IMG/VR virus record: IMGVR_UViG_3300008085_000050
Coordinates: 1 to 46,426 of that record
Reading direction: 5' to 3' (one strand)
Source: a virus
Lineage: Duplodnaviria; Caudoviricetes
DNA: 46,426 bases
In this document: one piece after another, positions 33,694 through 42,176 of the stretch
Numbering within the stretch: the stretch's first letter is position 1
Layout: each line of letters starts with the position of its first letter
Position numbers and translations under genes: made by a program
Notes under the pieces: model-generated
What the model saw: only the letters and a program-made list of their open reading frames with translations
What the model was told of the DNA's origin: nothing
Databases searched by the model: none

Positions 33694-34206
33694 ATGACAA
33701 AATTCAGCGACCTGGTTACTTACTTCGAAAACATTGCCCGCCTGCACAAATCAATTGCCCATACCGAAAGTAAAAAACATTTTTTCCGCTTCGAAATCGA
33801 CGAGGTTCTGGCCGGGCTTAACCGTACCGATTCTGAATACCCGATGCTCATACTCGAAGGTTATCACTACGATTTTACCGATAACCGCAGCGACAACATC
33901 CTCAAAAACCGACGCGGCGCTTTTACGCTGCTGCAAAAAATAAACGACCTTACCGACCACGACGAGATTCACCAGGCATGGGACCACCTGGAGCAAATTG
34001 GCGACGATATTCTTGCCCGTATTAAAGCCGACAAATACAACCCGCTTACCCCTGTTGTGCGCGACTTCCAGTTTTCATCAGTAGATGCGCGCACCATCCT
34101 GAACGAAATTGGCAACGATGCCGGAATCCGTTACTCGTTTACAATCACAAGCCCGGCCCCGGCTGATGTTGATGCAACCCGCTGGTTTACCTCCGAAAGC
34201 GAATAA
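33694..34206 (+). CDS. Hypothetical phage protein (possible tail terminator)
   Basis: 170-aa acidic protein with YPMLILE, in the morphogenesis operon. Confidence 0.6.
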   Translation: MTKFSDLVTYFENIARLHKSIAHTESKKHFFRFEIDEVLAGLNRTDSEYPMLILEGYHYDFTDNRSDNILKNRRGAFTLLQKINDLTDHDEIHQAWDHLEQIGDDILARIKADKYNPLTPVVRDFQFSSVDARTILNEIGNDAGIRYSFTITSPAPADVDATRWFTSESE

Positions 34207-34208
34207 TT

Positions 34209-34661
34209 ATGGAAACAATTACAGGTAACTATGCCAACATTCAGAAACAAAACCAGGCAGTACTGACATGGGTTCCCAAAACACGCTCAAAACTAATTAG
34301 CTCGGCCCGCTGGTTCAGCGATGGCAAGACTGAGCCGATGGTAATTCGCGGCAAGGGAAGTAAACGCCGCAACGAGTATAAACTTGCAGCCAGCATACGC
34401 AGCAAAACCCGCGAGCAATTTGGCGAAATCGATACAATTACTTTTAGTTTCGAAAGGCATGGTGTTTTTGTGCACAAAGGCGTTGGCCGGGGTTATCCCA
34501 TAAGAGGAGGGGGCCGCATAAAAAAACGGTCGGGCAAAAGCCGTGTGGCCGTTGAATGGTTTAACCCTGTGCTCGATAAAGACTTCCCGGAACTGGCAAA
34601 CCGCATTGCCGAAATAAATGCCGATGCAGTATTAAATACAGGACGCGCAATAATAAAATAA
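34209..34661 (+). CDS. Basic phage protein (possible neck / tail-completion protein)
   Basis: LAASIR, RHGVFVHKGVGRG, WFNPV. Confidence 0.6.
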   Translation: METITGNYANIQKQNQAVLTWVPKTRSKLISSARWFSDGKTEPMVIRGKGSKRRNEYKLAASIRSKTREQFGEIDTITFSFERHGVFVHKGVGRGYPIRGGGRIKKRSGKSRVAVEWFNPVLDKDFPELANRIAEINADAVLNTGRAIIK

Positions 34662-34739
34662 TGCCGGAAGCCCTGCAGCCGCCTTAGCTGGTAAAACTGC
34701 CGGGTGTACCCGCCGCCTGTTAAAGCCAGGCCATTATGC

Positions 34740-34773
34740 AAAAGTCACGGAGTTGTTAGCCGTGGCTTTTTTT
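34740..34773 (+). terminator. Intrinsic terminator
   Basis: AGTCACGG...CCGTGGCT followed by a T-run. Confidence 0.65.
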
Positions 34774-34807
34774 GTATATTGCAACCTTAAACCAAAAACC
34801 TTTTACA

Positions 34808-35266
34808 ATGAAAAAACTGATTTTTATTCCTTTTATACTATTAATTATATTCTCGTGCACCAATCAGCGCGTGAAAAACCTGCAGGAGGAAAACAGGCAA
34901 CTAAAAGACCGGATTGACACGTTATCCACGTGGCTTGCCAAAGAAAGGGTTGAGCGCAGCATCAGCGAATATAAACCCGGTGCAAACCGAACGCCCGAAG
35001 AACAGGAACTGCTTGAAGCAGGCGCTTACCTGGCCGCAAAAAAATTTGTCGGGCAAAATCTGAAATCACCGTCAACAGCAAAGTTTGCAAAGTATGGCGA
35101 CGAAAACACATCAGTAACATCAAACGGAAACCAGTTTTCGGTAAGGCTTTGGGTTGATGCCCAAAATACGCTTGGCGCAATGGTAAGGGAAATATTTTTG
35201 GTTGAAATGATTTACGACAGCGCTTCCGATTCGTGGAACCTAATTAAAATAACTTCACTTCAATAA
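34808..35266 (+). CDS. Putative lipoprotein (moron-like)
   Basis: MKKLIFIPFILLIIFS-C lipobox and LKSPSTAKF...VDAQNTLGAMVR domain. Confidence 0.75.
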   Translation: MKKLIFIPFILLIIFSCTNQRVKNLQEENRQLKDRIDTLSTWLAKERVERSISEYKPGANRTPEEQELLEAGAYLAAKKFVGQNLKSPSTAKFAKYGDENTSVTSNGNQFSVRLWVDAQNTLGAMVREIFLVEMIYDSASDSWNLIKITSLQ

Positions 35267-35436
35267 CCGGTTATCATAGCTTTTTATATCTTTAATCCGC
35301 CAAATCATATAAAACAATGAGTGTGCCCGGGGAAAGATTTTTCCCGGCAGCATACGGGTACATTCATTGTATTTGTTAAAAATATGGTTTGGCAATTATA
35401 TTATGCTGCCGGGTTTTTCATTTAATACCAATAACC

Positions 35437-35712
35437 ATGGTTGAAGAAAAAAAGGAATCGCCAGACCAAACCCCCCCCGCAGAAACTGCTCCAGACGTAA
35501 AAGATATACTCATAGCAACTTTACTGAAAGCATATTCACCCCATGAAACCGATGGACAATTGGAACTGAAATCAACTTTCGATATAGTCGAAGAGATGTC
35601 AACCATTGCCGATATCGATAATTGGATAATACACACCGCCATGATTGCAGCCGGGTTTACGGTTCAAATTGCAGGCGATTGTTATTTGTGGAAAATGTAC
35701 CGGATAAATTAA
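35437..35712 (+). CDS. Hypothetical protein
   Basis: Probable ATG at 35437. 91 aa. Confidence 0.55.
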   Translation: MVEEKKESPDQTPPAETAPDVKDILIATLLKAYSPHETDGQLELKSTFDIVEEMSTIADIDNWIIHTAMIAAGFTVQIAGDCYLWKMYRIN

Positions 35713-35761
35713 ATACCTGGAAAACCTTCTTTTAGTTTTAAAGGTTTTATTTCTTGAAAAT

Positions 35762-36931
35762 TTACTTTTTTTCGTCCGCAAAAATCAACGATTCAAAGTT
35801 TTTCATTTCGCCGCGGAGCATATCATCATCAACATGCACGTAAATCATTGTTTCGGTAATGTTGCTGTGCCCGAGCAGTACCTGCAGTTGTGCCAGGTTT
35901 TTTGTTTTTTTCAGCCAGCAGGTGGCAAATGTGTGCCTGCCAGTGTGGTTGGTAACTTCTTTTTCAATCCCTGCAGCTCCAACAATCTCTTTAATGTAAG
36001 TATTCATTTTCTGCTCGCTGATGGTGTTAAACAGCAGCTTTGTTTCGCTTTTTTCGTCGGCTATCAGTTGCAACGAGTAGCTGTTAAGAGGAACTTTAAC
36101 CATGTTTTGCTTTACAGCTTTCGTTTTTTTTACATTAAAAACCAGCATCCCGCCAATAACATTGCCTGCATTAAGTTGCTTCATGTCCGATATCCGCAAT
36201 CCGGTGAAACACATAAACAAAAAATGGCGCAGTATTTTTTGTTTGGCTTCTGTTAGCTTTTTGCTTTCGTACAAGTCCCACAAAACCTTTAGCTCTTCCG
36301 GATTCAGAAACACGCGGCTGGTTGTTGCTTTTCGCAGTTTCACCCGGGAGAATGGATTTTCGCTGATGATACCTTTCCGTATAGCCACATTCAGGTAATT
36401 GCGCAATACACGCATTTTGGTATGGATGGTGTTTGTGTCGTTGCCGTGTTTGGTCCGCAGCCAGCGCTGGAAGCTATCTATAAAATCGGGTGTAATTTCC
36501 GAAAAAGCCAGCGAAGCCTTATATTTTTTCATGATCTCGATGGCCGATTTATGCGATTTTACGGTGTTGTGCGCCAGTTCTGCTTTACGTTCGGCAATAA
36601 CCTCGTCAAAAAATTTGTAAAAATCAATCCTCCTGGCCGGGTTCTTCCATTCGTTTTTTAGCAGTTCCGGAGTGAGTTGGATGTTTTGAAGCCGGTATCT
36701 CACAGCAATGTCATTCAACCGTGCCAGTGCCTGTTCAATTACCAGGTTATCATCTTTGGTTTCTTTCGAATTTCCCTTAATCCGCAGGGTTTTCGGGTCC
36801 CAGTTTGCAGCCAGGCAATTAACGCCGGTATTAAATTTCATGCTTTTATAGCCCACATGCACCATTATATATACCGCAACCTGCCCTTTTTTCCCGGTTT
36901 GTTTGGTATTAATGTATGGTTTTGGATTCAT
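35762..36931 (-). CDS. int: Tyrosine integrase (Bacteroidetes type, N-terminal arm-binding domain)
   Basis: TGLRISD (R), KKTK (K), HTGRHTFAT (HxxR), LLGHSN (H), TMIYVH (Y). Confidence 0.93.
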   Translation of the reverse strand: MNPKPYINTKQTGKKGQVAVYIMVHVGYKSMKFNTGVNCLAANWDPKTLRIKGNSKETKDDNLVIEQALARLNDIAVRYRLQNIQLTPELLKNEWKNPARRIDFYKFFDEVIAERKAELAHNTVKSHKSAIEIMKKYKASLAFSEITPDFIDSFQRWLRTKHGNDTNTIHTKMRVLRNYLNVAIRKGIISENPFSRVKLRKATTSRVFLNPEELKVLWDLYESKKLTEAKQKILRHFLFMCFTGLRISDMKQLNAGNVIGGMLVFNVKKTKAVKQNMVKVPLNSYSLQLIADEKSETKLLFNTISEQKMNTYIKEIVGAAGIEKEVTNHTGRHTFATCWLKKTKNLAQLQVLLGHSNITETMIYVHVDDDMLRGEMKNFESLIFADEKK

Positions 36932-36939
36932 GATTTTAG

Positions 36940-37138
36940 TGAATGAAATTTGAATGAACAGGGTTCATAAAATGGATTTTGAATGAATAATTTGCCCTTT
37001 GCATTTTTAAAAGCCTTGCTACACGGGCTATGTAGCAAGGCTTTCGTTTTTTTGTAGTCCCACCGGGAAAACTTTTTAAAACTGAATACCTTGTTTTTAT
37101 TGGGCTTTGAGGCATAATCGATATTTGTTTTGAATGAA
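36940..37138. mobile_element. Putative attP (tRNA 3'-end core, terminator hairpin, arm-type repeats)
   Basis: Core 37053-37068 reads TCCCGGTGGGACTACA on the minus strand (T-stem plus acceptor-like). Perfect 14-bp IR at 37010-37023 / 37031-37044. (TT)TGAATGAA repeats at 36940, 36949, 36978 and 37129. Confidence 0.7.
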
Positions 37139-37196
37139 TTCTGAACCACACGGCTAAGCTTTTCTGATTTTCTTGATTTCCTTTAGTACTGTTTTT

Positions 37197-37233
37197 GCGT
37201 ACTTCTACGCATCTATTTTGCGTAGTTCTTCGC
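37197..37233. promoter_or_regulatory. Operator-like palindrome pair downstream of the repressor
   Basis: GCGTA-CTTC-TACGC (37197-37210) and GCGTA-GTTC-TTCGC (37220-37233), 23 bp apart. Confidence 0.55.
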
Positions 37234-37241
37234 TTGTATAT

Positions 37242-37691
37242 CTATCCAGCTTTAATTCTCTTTGTATCCTCGCCGTGCGATGCACTATCTTCAGAGTGGG
37301 TCTCTTTTTTAGCCTGGCTCCGGTACACTTCCAATAACTCATCCTTTAATTTTGCTATCTCTGCCTCCTGATCTTGAATTTTTTTAACCCGAGGCCGGCA
37401 TTCGGGGCATGAATAAAATTCAATATTTGCATTTACTGATTCAATTTTTTCTGCAGGCAATTGATACTTATTATTTTTTTTCTCTCCTGTCAACAAAAAA
37501 TAAATATCAAAATCAGGAAATTTTTTCATAATATCTCCAAGAATCATCATCCCAGGTTCATTATTTTCACTTCGCGCTAATCTCAATATGTTTTCACCTC
37601 TATTATACCCAAGATCATGTGCAAACTTAGTTGCGTCTTTGTATCCTTTTGATTCCCAGAACTCTTTTAATCTTTCGAAATAGATATTCAT
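37242..37691 (-). CDS. Putative CI-like repressor (N-terminal XRE HTH)
   Basis: ERLKEF...ATKFAHDLGY...DIYFLLTGE. Transcribed divergently from the early genes. CPEC motif plus coiled coil. Confidence 0.75.
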   Translation of the reverse strand: MNIYFERLKEFWESKGYKDATKFAHDLGYNRGENILRLARSENNEPGMMILGDIMKKFPDFDIYFLLTGEKKNNKYQLPAEKIESVNANIEFYSCPECRPRVKKIQDQEAEIAKLKDELLEVYRSQAKKETHSEDSASHGEDTKRIKAG

Positions 37692-37710
37692 TTCAATAGA
37701 TATTATTTAT

Positions 37711-37762
37711 GCAAATAAGTTTGCTTTTTATTAGCAAATATGATTGCGTTTATTTAGTTTTG
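37711..37762. promoter_or_regulatory. Lysis/lysogeny switch: two operators and a rightward -7 element
   Basis: GCAAA-TAAG-TTTGC (37711-37724) and GCAAA-TATG-ATTGC (37734-37747), 23 bp apart. TAGTTTTG at 37755-37762 matches the Bacteroidetes TAnnTTTG element. Confidence 0.7.
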
Positions 37763-37785
37763 TCATACCAAGTTATTAATAAAGT

Positions 37786-37971
37786 ATGACAACAACAACA
37801 ACCAATAGTATGAATATTCTGCTCCAGAAACCAACGACAATGATTTCTGTGAAAGTTCCACAAATCATGAAAGATATGCTTGAGGAAGCCGCAGCTTCGA
37901 TGAACATGAATGTATCTGACTACATGAGGCTGGTACTTAATGAGCGGATTGAAAAAGATTTGAAGGAATAA
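37786..37971 (+). CDS. Ribbon-helix-helix (CopG/Arc-like) regulator in the Cro position
   Basis: MISVKVPQIMKDMLEEAAASMNMNVSDYMRLVL is a beta-alpha-alpha pattern. Confidence 0.7.
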   Translation: MTTTTTNSMNILLQKPTTMISVKVPQIMKDMLEEAAASMNMNVSDYMRLVLNERIEKDLKE

Positions 37972-38032
37972 CAAAAACAAAGCCCGGATCTACGGTGTGC
38001 AACCACCTCCCCGGGCTTATAAATAATAGACT

Positions 38033-38593
38033 ATGACAAATTTATGCTATTACACAATTAAAACCAAAATTCCTGCGGGGATTGTTGAAGGCACGGAAGC
38101 CTTCTGGTTTGACAACGAGAAATGGCTCATCCATAACGGACAGGCCCAACGATTTGAGGACGCTACTTTACAGGTTAAAAACATTATTACCGACGCCTTT
38201 TTGGCTGACGAAGCGGGCAAAAACTATTTAAAGAAAATAGGCATAACCGCTTTTTCTGAAGGCTTCGAAATGTGGTACAAGTGCGTGGTGGGTGCGCTTG
38301 ATGAAACACCCGATTTTGTTGATGGCAACCTGACTGCAGACGCTTATAACCACGCGTGCAAAGACTATAAATGTCAGCACCGCGGAAAGTTTTGCAGCTT
38401 AACACCCGGCCTGAGCAACTACGAAATTGAAACACTGGTAGCGCTTAAACGCGGCGAAACCATTGAACACACTGCCGAAATGCTTTTTATTTCGGTGGCC
38501 GGACTGAAAAGCCGCATTGAGCACATTAAAGAAAAACTCGGCGCCACAAACATGGCGAGTATGATAGCCAAAGCCGTTGAATTTGGCATTTGA
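38033..38593 (+). CDS. LuxR-type C-terminal HTH transcriptional regulator
   Basis: LSNYEIETLVALKRGETIEHTAEMLFISVAGLKSRIEHIKEKLG, preceded by a Cys cluster. Confidence 0.8.
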   Translation: MTNLCYYTIKTKIPAGIVEGTEAFWFDNEKWLIHNGQAQRFEDATLQVKNIITDAFLADEAGKNYLKKIGITAFSEGFEMWYKCVVGALDETPDFVDGNLTADAYNHACKDYKCQHRGKFCSLTPGLSNYEIETLVALKRGETIEHTAEMLFISVAGLKSRIEHIKEKLGATNMASMIAKAVEFGI

Positions 38594-38872
38594 AACAGAC
38601 TTTTTTTGTTTTTAAATTTAGGTTGATAACAGCGGGGAGCACTTTAGTTTTAATTTATAGGGGTATAAATCATCAGGCGTTACAGCTCCCCGCTTCTTCC
38701 TCAAAAAAGTTCTTTAAAATATTAAAAATACACAAGACGGCGCTGGAATAAACAACCAGTGCCGGGCGCCGGAACCTGGGAGAGAAGAAGAGAGTCCGTC
38801 ACGGGAGTTCGCCTTTATGGTTTAGTAGCCCTGGCGGCTCTCTTTAACTTGAAACTTTAAACATTAAACTTT

Positions 38873-39049
38873 ATGCTATACACAAAAACACTGCGAAAAA
38901 TAATTATTTGCCCTGTTTGCCAGGGCGAGGGAGAAGTAAAGGTTGGTAACCTGCGCGAGATGCACAACCACGACACCGATACCTGCCCCGATTGCGATGG
39001 CAAGGGAAAACTGAGAAGAATTGTAACAGTAACATATCAAAAACTATGA
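38873..39049 (+). CDS. Small DnaJ-type zinc-finger protein (58 aa, not in ORF track)
   Basis: MLYTKTLRKIIICPVCQGEGEV...TCPDCDGKGKLRRIVTVTYQKL contains two CxxCxGxG motifs. Confidence 0.75.
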   Translation: MLYTKTLRKIIICPVCQGEGEVKVGNLREMHNHDTDTCPDCDGKGKLRRIVTVTYQKL

Positions 39050-39240
39050 TGACAATCAAAATTGTGGGCGCACTGCCCCGCGAACTTAGGGATGCCGGAC
39101 TAAAGCCCGGCGACAAGCTAAAAGCCGAACCGGCCGAAAACTCGAAGCTAGGCGCGGTTAGGGTAAAACTGTGGAAAGACGAGGCCGATTACTTTGCCAC
39201 CGTGTGGCCAGAGAACTACATTAAATTAGGAGTATCATGA
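39046..39240 (+). CDS. Hypothetical protein
   Basis: ATG at 39046, coupled to the upstream stop. Confidence 0.6.
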   Translation: MMTIKIVGALPRELRDAGLKPGDKLKAEPAENSKLGAVRVKLWKDEADYFATVWPENYIKLGVS

Positions 39241-39515
39241 CCAAGCAGGATTTCTTGAAACGGGCAAAAAACCTGCTGAGTGGCATTGTCAAGCAGCGCG
39301 GATGGTTGCTCAGGCACGACAAAAGCCACATTGAAAGCCAGTGGGCAAGCCAGGAACTACGCAATATTACTTACGCCTCGCAAAAGCTGGTTGATGCCGA
39401 CCGCGCGAAGGCATATCTCGAACGAAAAGAAACTGCCCTGCGTTTTCTTATTCCAACAACCAACAAACGCCGTCACGATGAACTAAGAGAACTACTTGAA
39501 ACCAACTTAAATTAA
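39237..39515 (+). CDS. Hypothetical protein
   Basis: Coupled 92-aa ORF. Confidence 0.65.
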   Translation: MTKQDFLKRAKNLLSGIVKQRGWLLRHDKSHIESQWASQELRNITYASQKLVDADRAKAYLERKETALRFLIPTTNKRRHDELRELLETNLN

Positions 39516-39532
39516 CCTATAAGTTAACTTTT

Positions 39533-39766
39533 ATGGAAAAAACAACAAAAATATGCAGCATCTGCGGCAAAAAATCAGCCGGCACTATTAAAGAAACGGC
39601 TTACTGTAAAAAGCATTTCGATGAGTTGGTAATAACAAAACCAATTGCCAATTATCAAGGCAAACGCCGCAAGCAGGTTGAATTTGCCGCCACGCTGTTC
39701 CTGGGCTCAATGACAGCCATATTCCTGATTGCAGTAGTAATCGCTATTATGAAACTCGTGAATTAA
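39533..39766 (+). CDS. Small Zn-finger membrane protein
   Basis: CSIC...CKKH motif and a C-terminal TM helix. Confidence 0.6.
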   Translation: MEKTTKICSICGKKSAGTIKETAYCKKHFDELVITKPIANYQGKRRKQVEFAATLFLGSMTAIFLIAVVIAIMKLVN

Positions 39767-39800
39767 TTTTAATTAATTATAGTCTGCCACAGCAAAACAC

Positions 39801-39830
39801 AGCCCCGGCCAGAGGCGCCGGGGCTTTTTT
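39801..39830 (+). terminator. Intrinsic terminator
   Basis: AGCCCCGGC-N7-GCCGGGGCT followed by a T-run. Confidence 0.8.
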
Positions 39831-39842
39831 ACCCAAAAAATT

Positions 39843-40154
39843 ATGAAAATCTACATCGCCGGTAAAATATCCGGTATCACAAAAGAACAGTACACGGCAA
39901 ATTTTAAGTCAGCCGAAATACAACTGAGGGCATCGGGCCGCATTCCTGTAAACCCCTGCGATTTCGGAATTCCCGACATAGCAACCAGCGAATTTGCCTT
40001 AAAAATATGCCTGCCCATTTTAAAACAGTGTAGCCATATTTATTTGCTCGACAACTGGAACGATTCGCCCGGGGCAGTTATCGAGCGCCAGTTCGCCATC
40101 GACAATGGCATTGAAGTAACATACCAAAACCGGCAAACAGCCATAATACTTTAA
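39843..40154 (+). CDS. DUF4406-family protein (nucleoside deoxyribosyltransferase-like fold)
   Basis: KIYIAGKISG, VNP, CSHIYLLDNWNDSPGAVIE. Confidence 0.85.
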   Translation: MKIYIAGKISGITKEQYTANFKSAEIQLRASGRIPVNPCDFGIPDIATSEFALKICLPILKQCSHIYLLDNWNDSPGAVIERQFAIDNGIEVTYQNRQTAIIL

Positions 40155-40156
40155 TT

Positions 40157-40420
40157 ATGAAACAAGAAGAAATACTCTACTACGTAAAAAGCGCCACAGC
40201 TTTTTTGGAAACAATCGGCCACAGTTGCGAAGGTTTTACCGACCAGTACCACGCAGCCGAATACTGGACCAGCAACCAGGAACAAATTGCACAAAGCATT
40301 GCCAATTTTGGCAAGGGCCACGCGCGGGTTACCGCAGGCCTTCTGCGCCTTTTTGGAGCACTCAGCAAAACCGCCCGCTATTTTAACAAACTCAAAGAAA
40401 CCGAGCCATGCAAAGCATAA
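40157..40420 (+). CDS. Hypothetical protein
   Basis: 87-aa ORF in the early operon. Confidence 0.6.
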   Translation: MKQEEILYYVKSATAFLETIGHSCEGFTDQYHAAEYWTSNQEQIAQSIANFGKGHARVTAGLLRLFGALSKTARYFNKLKETEPCKA

Positions 40421-40608
40421 AAGTAAAAACCACCGCGGGTAAAACCGTCGACGTTACCACCGAAGAGCTTCTCACCCTGTTCCTGCACTTCTGCCGCCAG
40501 CATTACGCAGAACACAGCAGCGAAATACTGCTTGGCGAAAACGCCAAAACAGATACTGAATTTATAATCACACCAATAAAACGAAACAAAAATGAAAACA
40601 TTTCTTAG
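40408..40608 (+). CDS. Hypothetical protein
   Basis: 66-aa overlapping ORF. Confidence 0.5.
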   Translation: MQSIKVKTTAGKTVDVTTEELLTLFLHFCRQHYAEHSSEILLGENAKTDTEFIITPIKRNKNENIS

Positions 40609-40972
40609 TGTAATTATGCTGGTGTTAATCGCATCAGCAGCATTTTCGAAACCCACTGGCCGCCGTGCCGCAACTCAAAAACCAGTTACTGCAATAGGTT
40701 ACCTGGTAGCTGTAACAAGCCCAACCAAAAAATTGGAAATTACCAAAACCATTGATTTGGCAGACGTTTACACTTTGGCCGAAATTCATTTCCAAAACAA
40801 CTGCGTCGATTTTGCCGAAGAGCTTCGCCATTCTGTTTATTACGACATCGAATGCCAGCAAAAAGGCTTTTATGTTGAAGTGAAAAATATTAACCGCAAC
40901 GGCAAGTTCCGCCGTATGAGCAACCGGGAGTTTAGACAATTAAAAATTAGAAATGATGTGGGAATCGATTGA
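40592..40972 (+). CDS. Hypothetical exported protein
   Basis: Signal-peptide-like N-terminus. Confidence 0.6.
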   Translation: MKTFLSVIMLVLIASAAFSKPTGRRAATQKPVTAIGYLVAVTSPTKKLEITKTIDLADVYTLAEIHFQNNCVDFAEELRHSVYYDIECQQKGFYVEVKNINRNGKFRRMSNREFRQLKIRNDVGID

Positions 40973-41071
40973 TAACAGCCCATGGACTTTAGTAGGGGCA
41001 ATAATTGTACTGATCATTGCATGGCTGGCCGACAGGCGGGCCAATAAAATGGAAGATAAAAAAACTGAATT

Positions 41072-41368
41072 ATGAGCGACAAAAAAATATTTATAGCGCT
41101 GAGCCAGCGTGAAGCACGGTCGGTGATAACCGCAATACAGTTTTTAACATGTATGTGCCTGCCAGAAAGCGATGACATATTTCTTGAGGAAAAGCAAAAA
41201 ACTGCTGCTGAAATTGGTATAACGGCAGAAGAACTGAGCGAGGTTTTCAATTTTGGTTACCGCCTTGGCGAACTACAGGCCAAACTTGAAACCAGCAACG
41301 AGCAACAAGCAAGCAACCAGCAACAAGTAACCATCAACCAGAATCCATCCAGCCATGAGACGATTTGA
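41072..41368 (+). CDS. Hypothetical protein
   Basis: 98 aa. The C-terminus is encoded by CAACCAG-type heptamers. Confidence 0.6.
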   Translation: MSDKKIFIALSQREARSVITAIQFLTCMCLPESDDIFLEEKQKTAAEIGITAEELSEVFNFGYRLGELQAKLETSNEQQASNQQQVTINQNPSSHETI

Positions 41369-41609
41369 AAAAATAACATTTACCTGCACCATAACCGAGG
41401 CGCGGAATATAAGCAAGGCTTTGCATTTTTTTGCAATTGCCTGTACAAAAGCAACAGCCGAAAACCTTGATGGAATTAAGGAACCCGACCTGAAAAATAT
41501 GAAACTATTTGGCATTAGTACCGAAGAGGTAAACCGCCTGACCGAATTAAAGGTTTGGCTAAAAGCAGAAGCCGACGACCTCGATGCCGAGAACGACAGC
41601 AGAGATTAA
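41355..41609 (+). CDS. Hypothetical protein (weakly similar to 41072-41368)
   Basis: EARNISKALHFF vs EARSVITAIQFL, and GISTEEV vs GITAEEL. Confidence 0.6.
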   Translation: MRRFEKITFTCTITEARNISKALHFFAIACTKATAENLDGIKEPDLKNMKLFGISTEEVNRLTELKVWLKAEADDLDAENDSRD

Positions 41610-41694
41610 AACATTTTAGAATTAAACCATTTAAAAACTGAATTATGAATTACAAAATTATTGAAACGCACTGCGTTTACGAAAACAACAAATT

Positions 41695-41874
41695 ATGAGC
41701 GCAATAAAAGAACATTACCACGACCAAATTGAACAGGCCAGCCGCCTGTTTACCCCAGATATGAAAAAAGTAATATTTAATGGCGAGCTGGTACTTACCC
41801 TCGCGAACAAACAAGAATGGATTAAAAAAGTTCCAAACCACCTGCCTGAAAAACCAGCAACAAGTAACCAGTAA
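41695..41874 (+). CDS. Small hypothetical protein (59 aa, not in ORF track)
   Basis: MSAIKEHYHDQIEQASRLFTPDMKKVIFNGELVLTLANKQEWIKKVPNHLPEKPATSNQ. Confidence 0.5.
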   Translation: MSAIKEHYHDQIEQASRLFTPDMKKVIFNGELVLTLANKQEWIKKVPNHLPEKPATSNQ

Positions 41875-41879
41875 CCAGT

Positions 41880-42173
41880 ATGCTTCAAATTCCGCAAGGC
41901 AAACCAACATCACCCTATTTCGGGGTGTTTCTCCCGGGCAACCAGCAGGTGGCCACAGGCGAACAGGTGGAGTGCAAACACCCTGTTACCGGCAAGCTTA
42001 CCTCCGGAACCTGCGAGTTTATTATTAACGAACCATGGATACGCATCCCCGAGTGGTTGTGTTACTCGGTATACGGCGTGAGCGCCATCGAAATTAAAAA
42101 AGCCCTCGAAGCCCGTTTTGAAGCTTTCAGAAAAACCGACATGGTGAAAGTGATTTTTGTAAAAAAGAATTAA
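41880..42173 (+). CDS. Hypothetical protein
   Basis: 97-aa ORF directly upstream of the primase. Confidence 0.65.
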   Translation: MLQIPQGKPTSPYFGVFLPGNQQVATGEQVECKHPVTGKLTSGTCEFIINEPWIRIPEWLCYSVYGVSAIEIKKALEARFEAFRKTDMVKVIFVKKN

Positions 42174-42176
42174 ACT

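Noticed and set aside
37053-37068. Complete tRNA gene
   Set aside because: Only the 3' T-stem and acceptor portion is present. No D-arm or anticodon arm can be folded upstream on the minus strand, so it is treated as an att core. The tRNA isotype cannot be assigned from this fragment.
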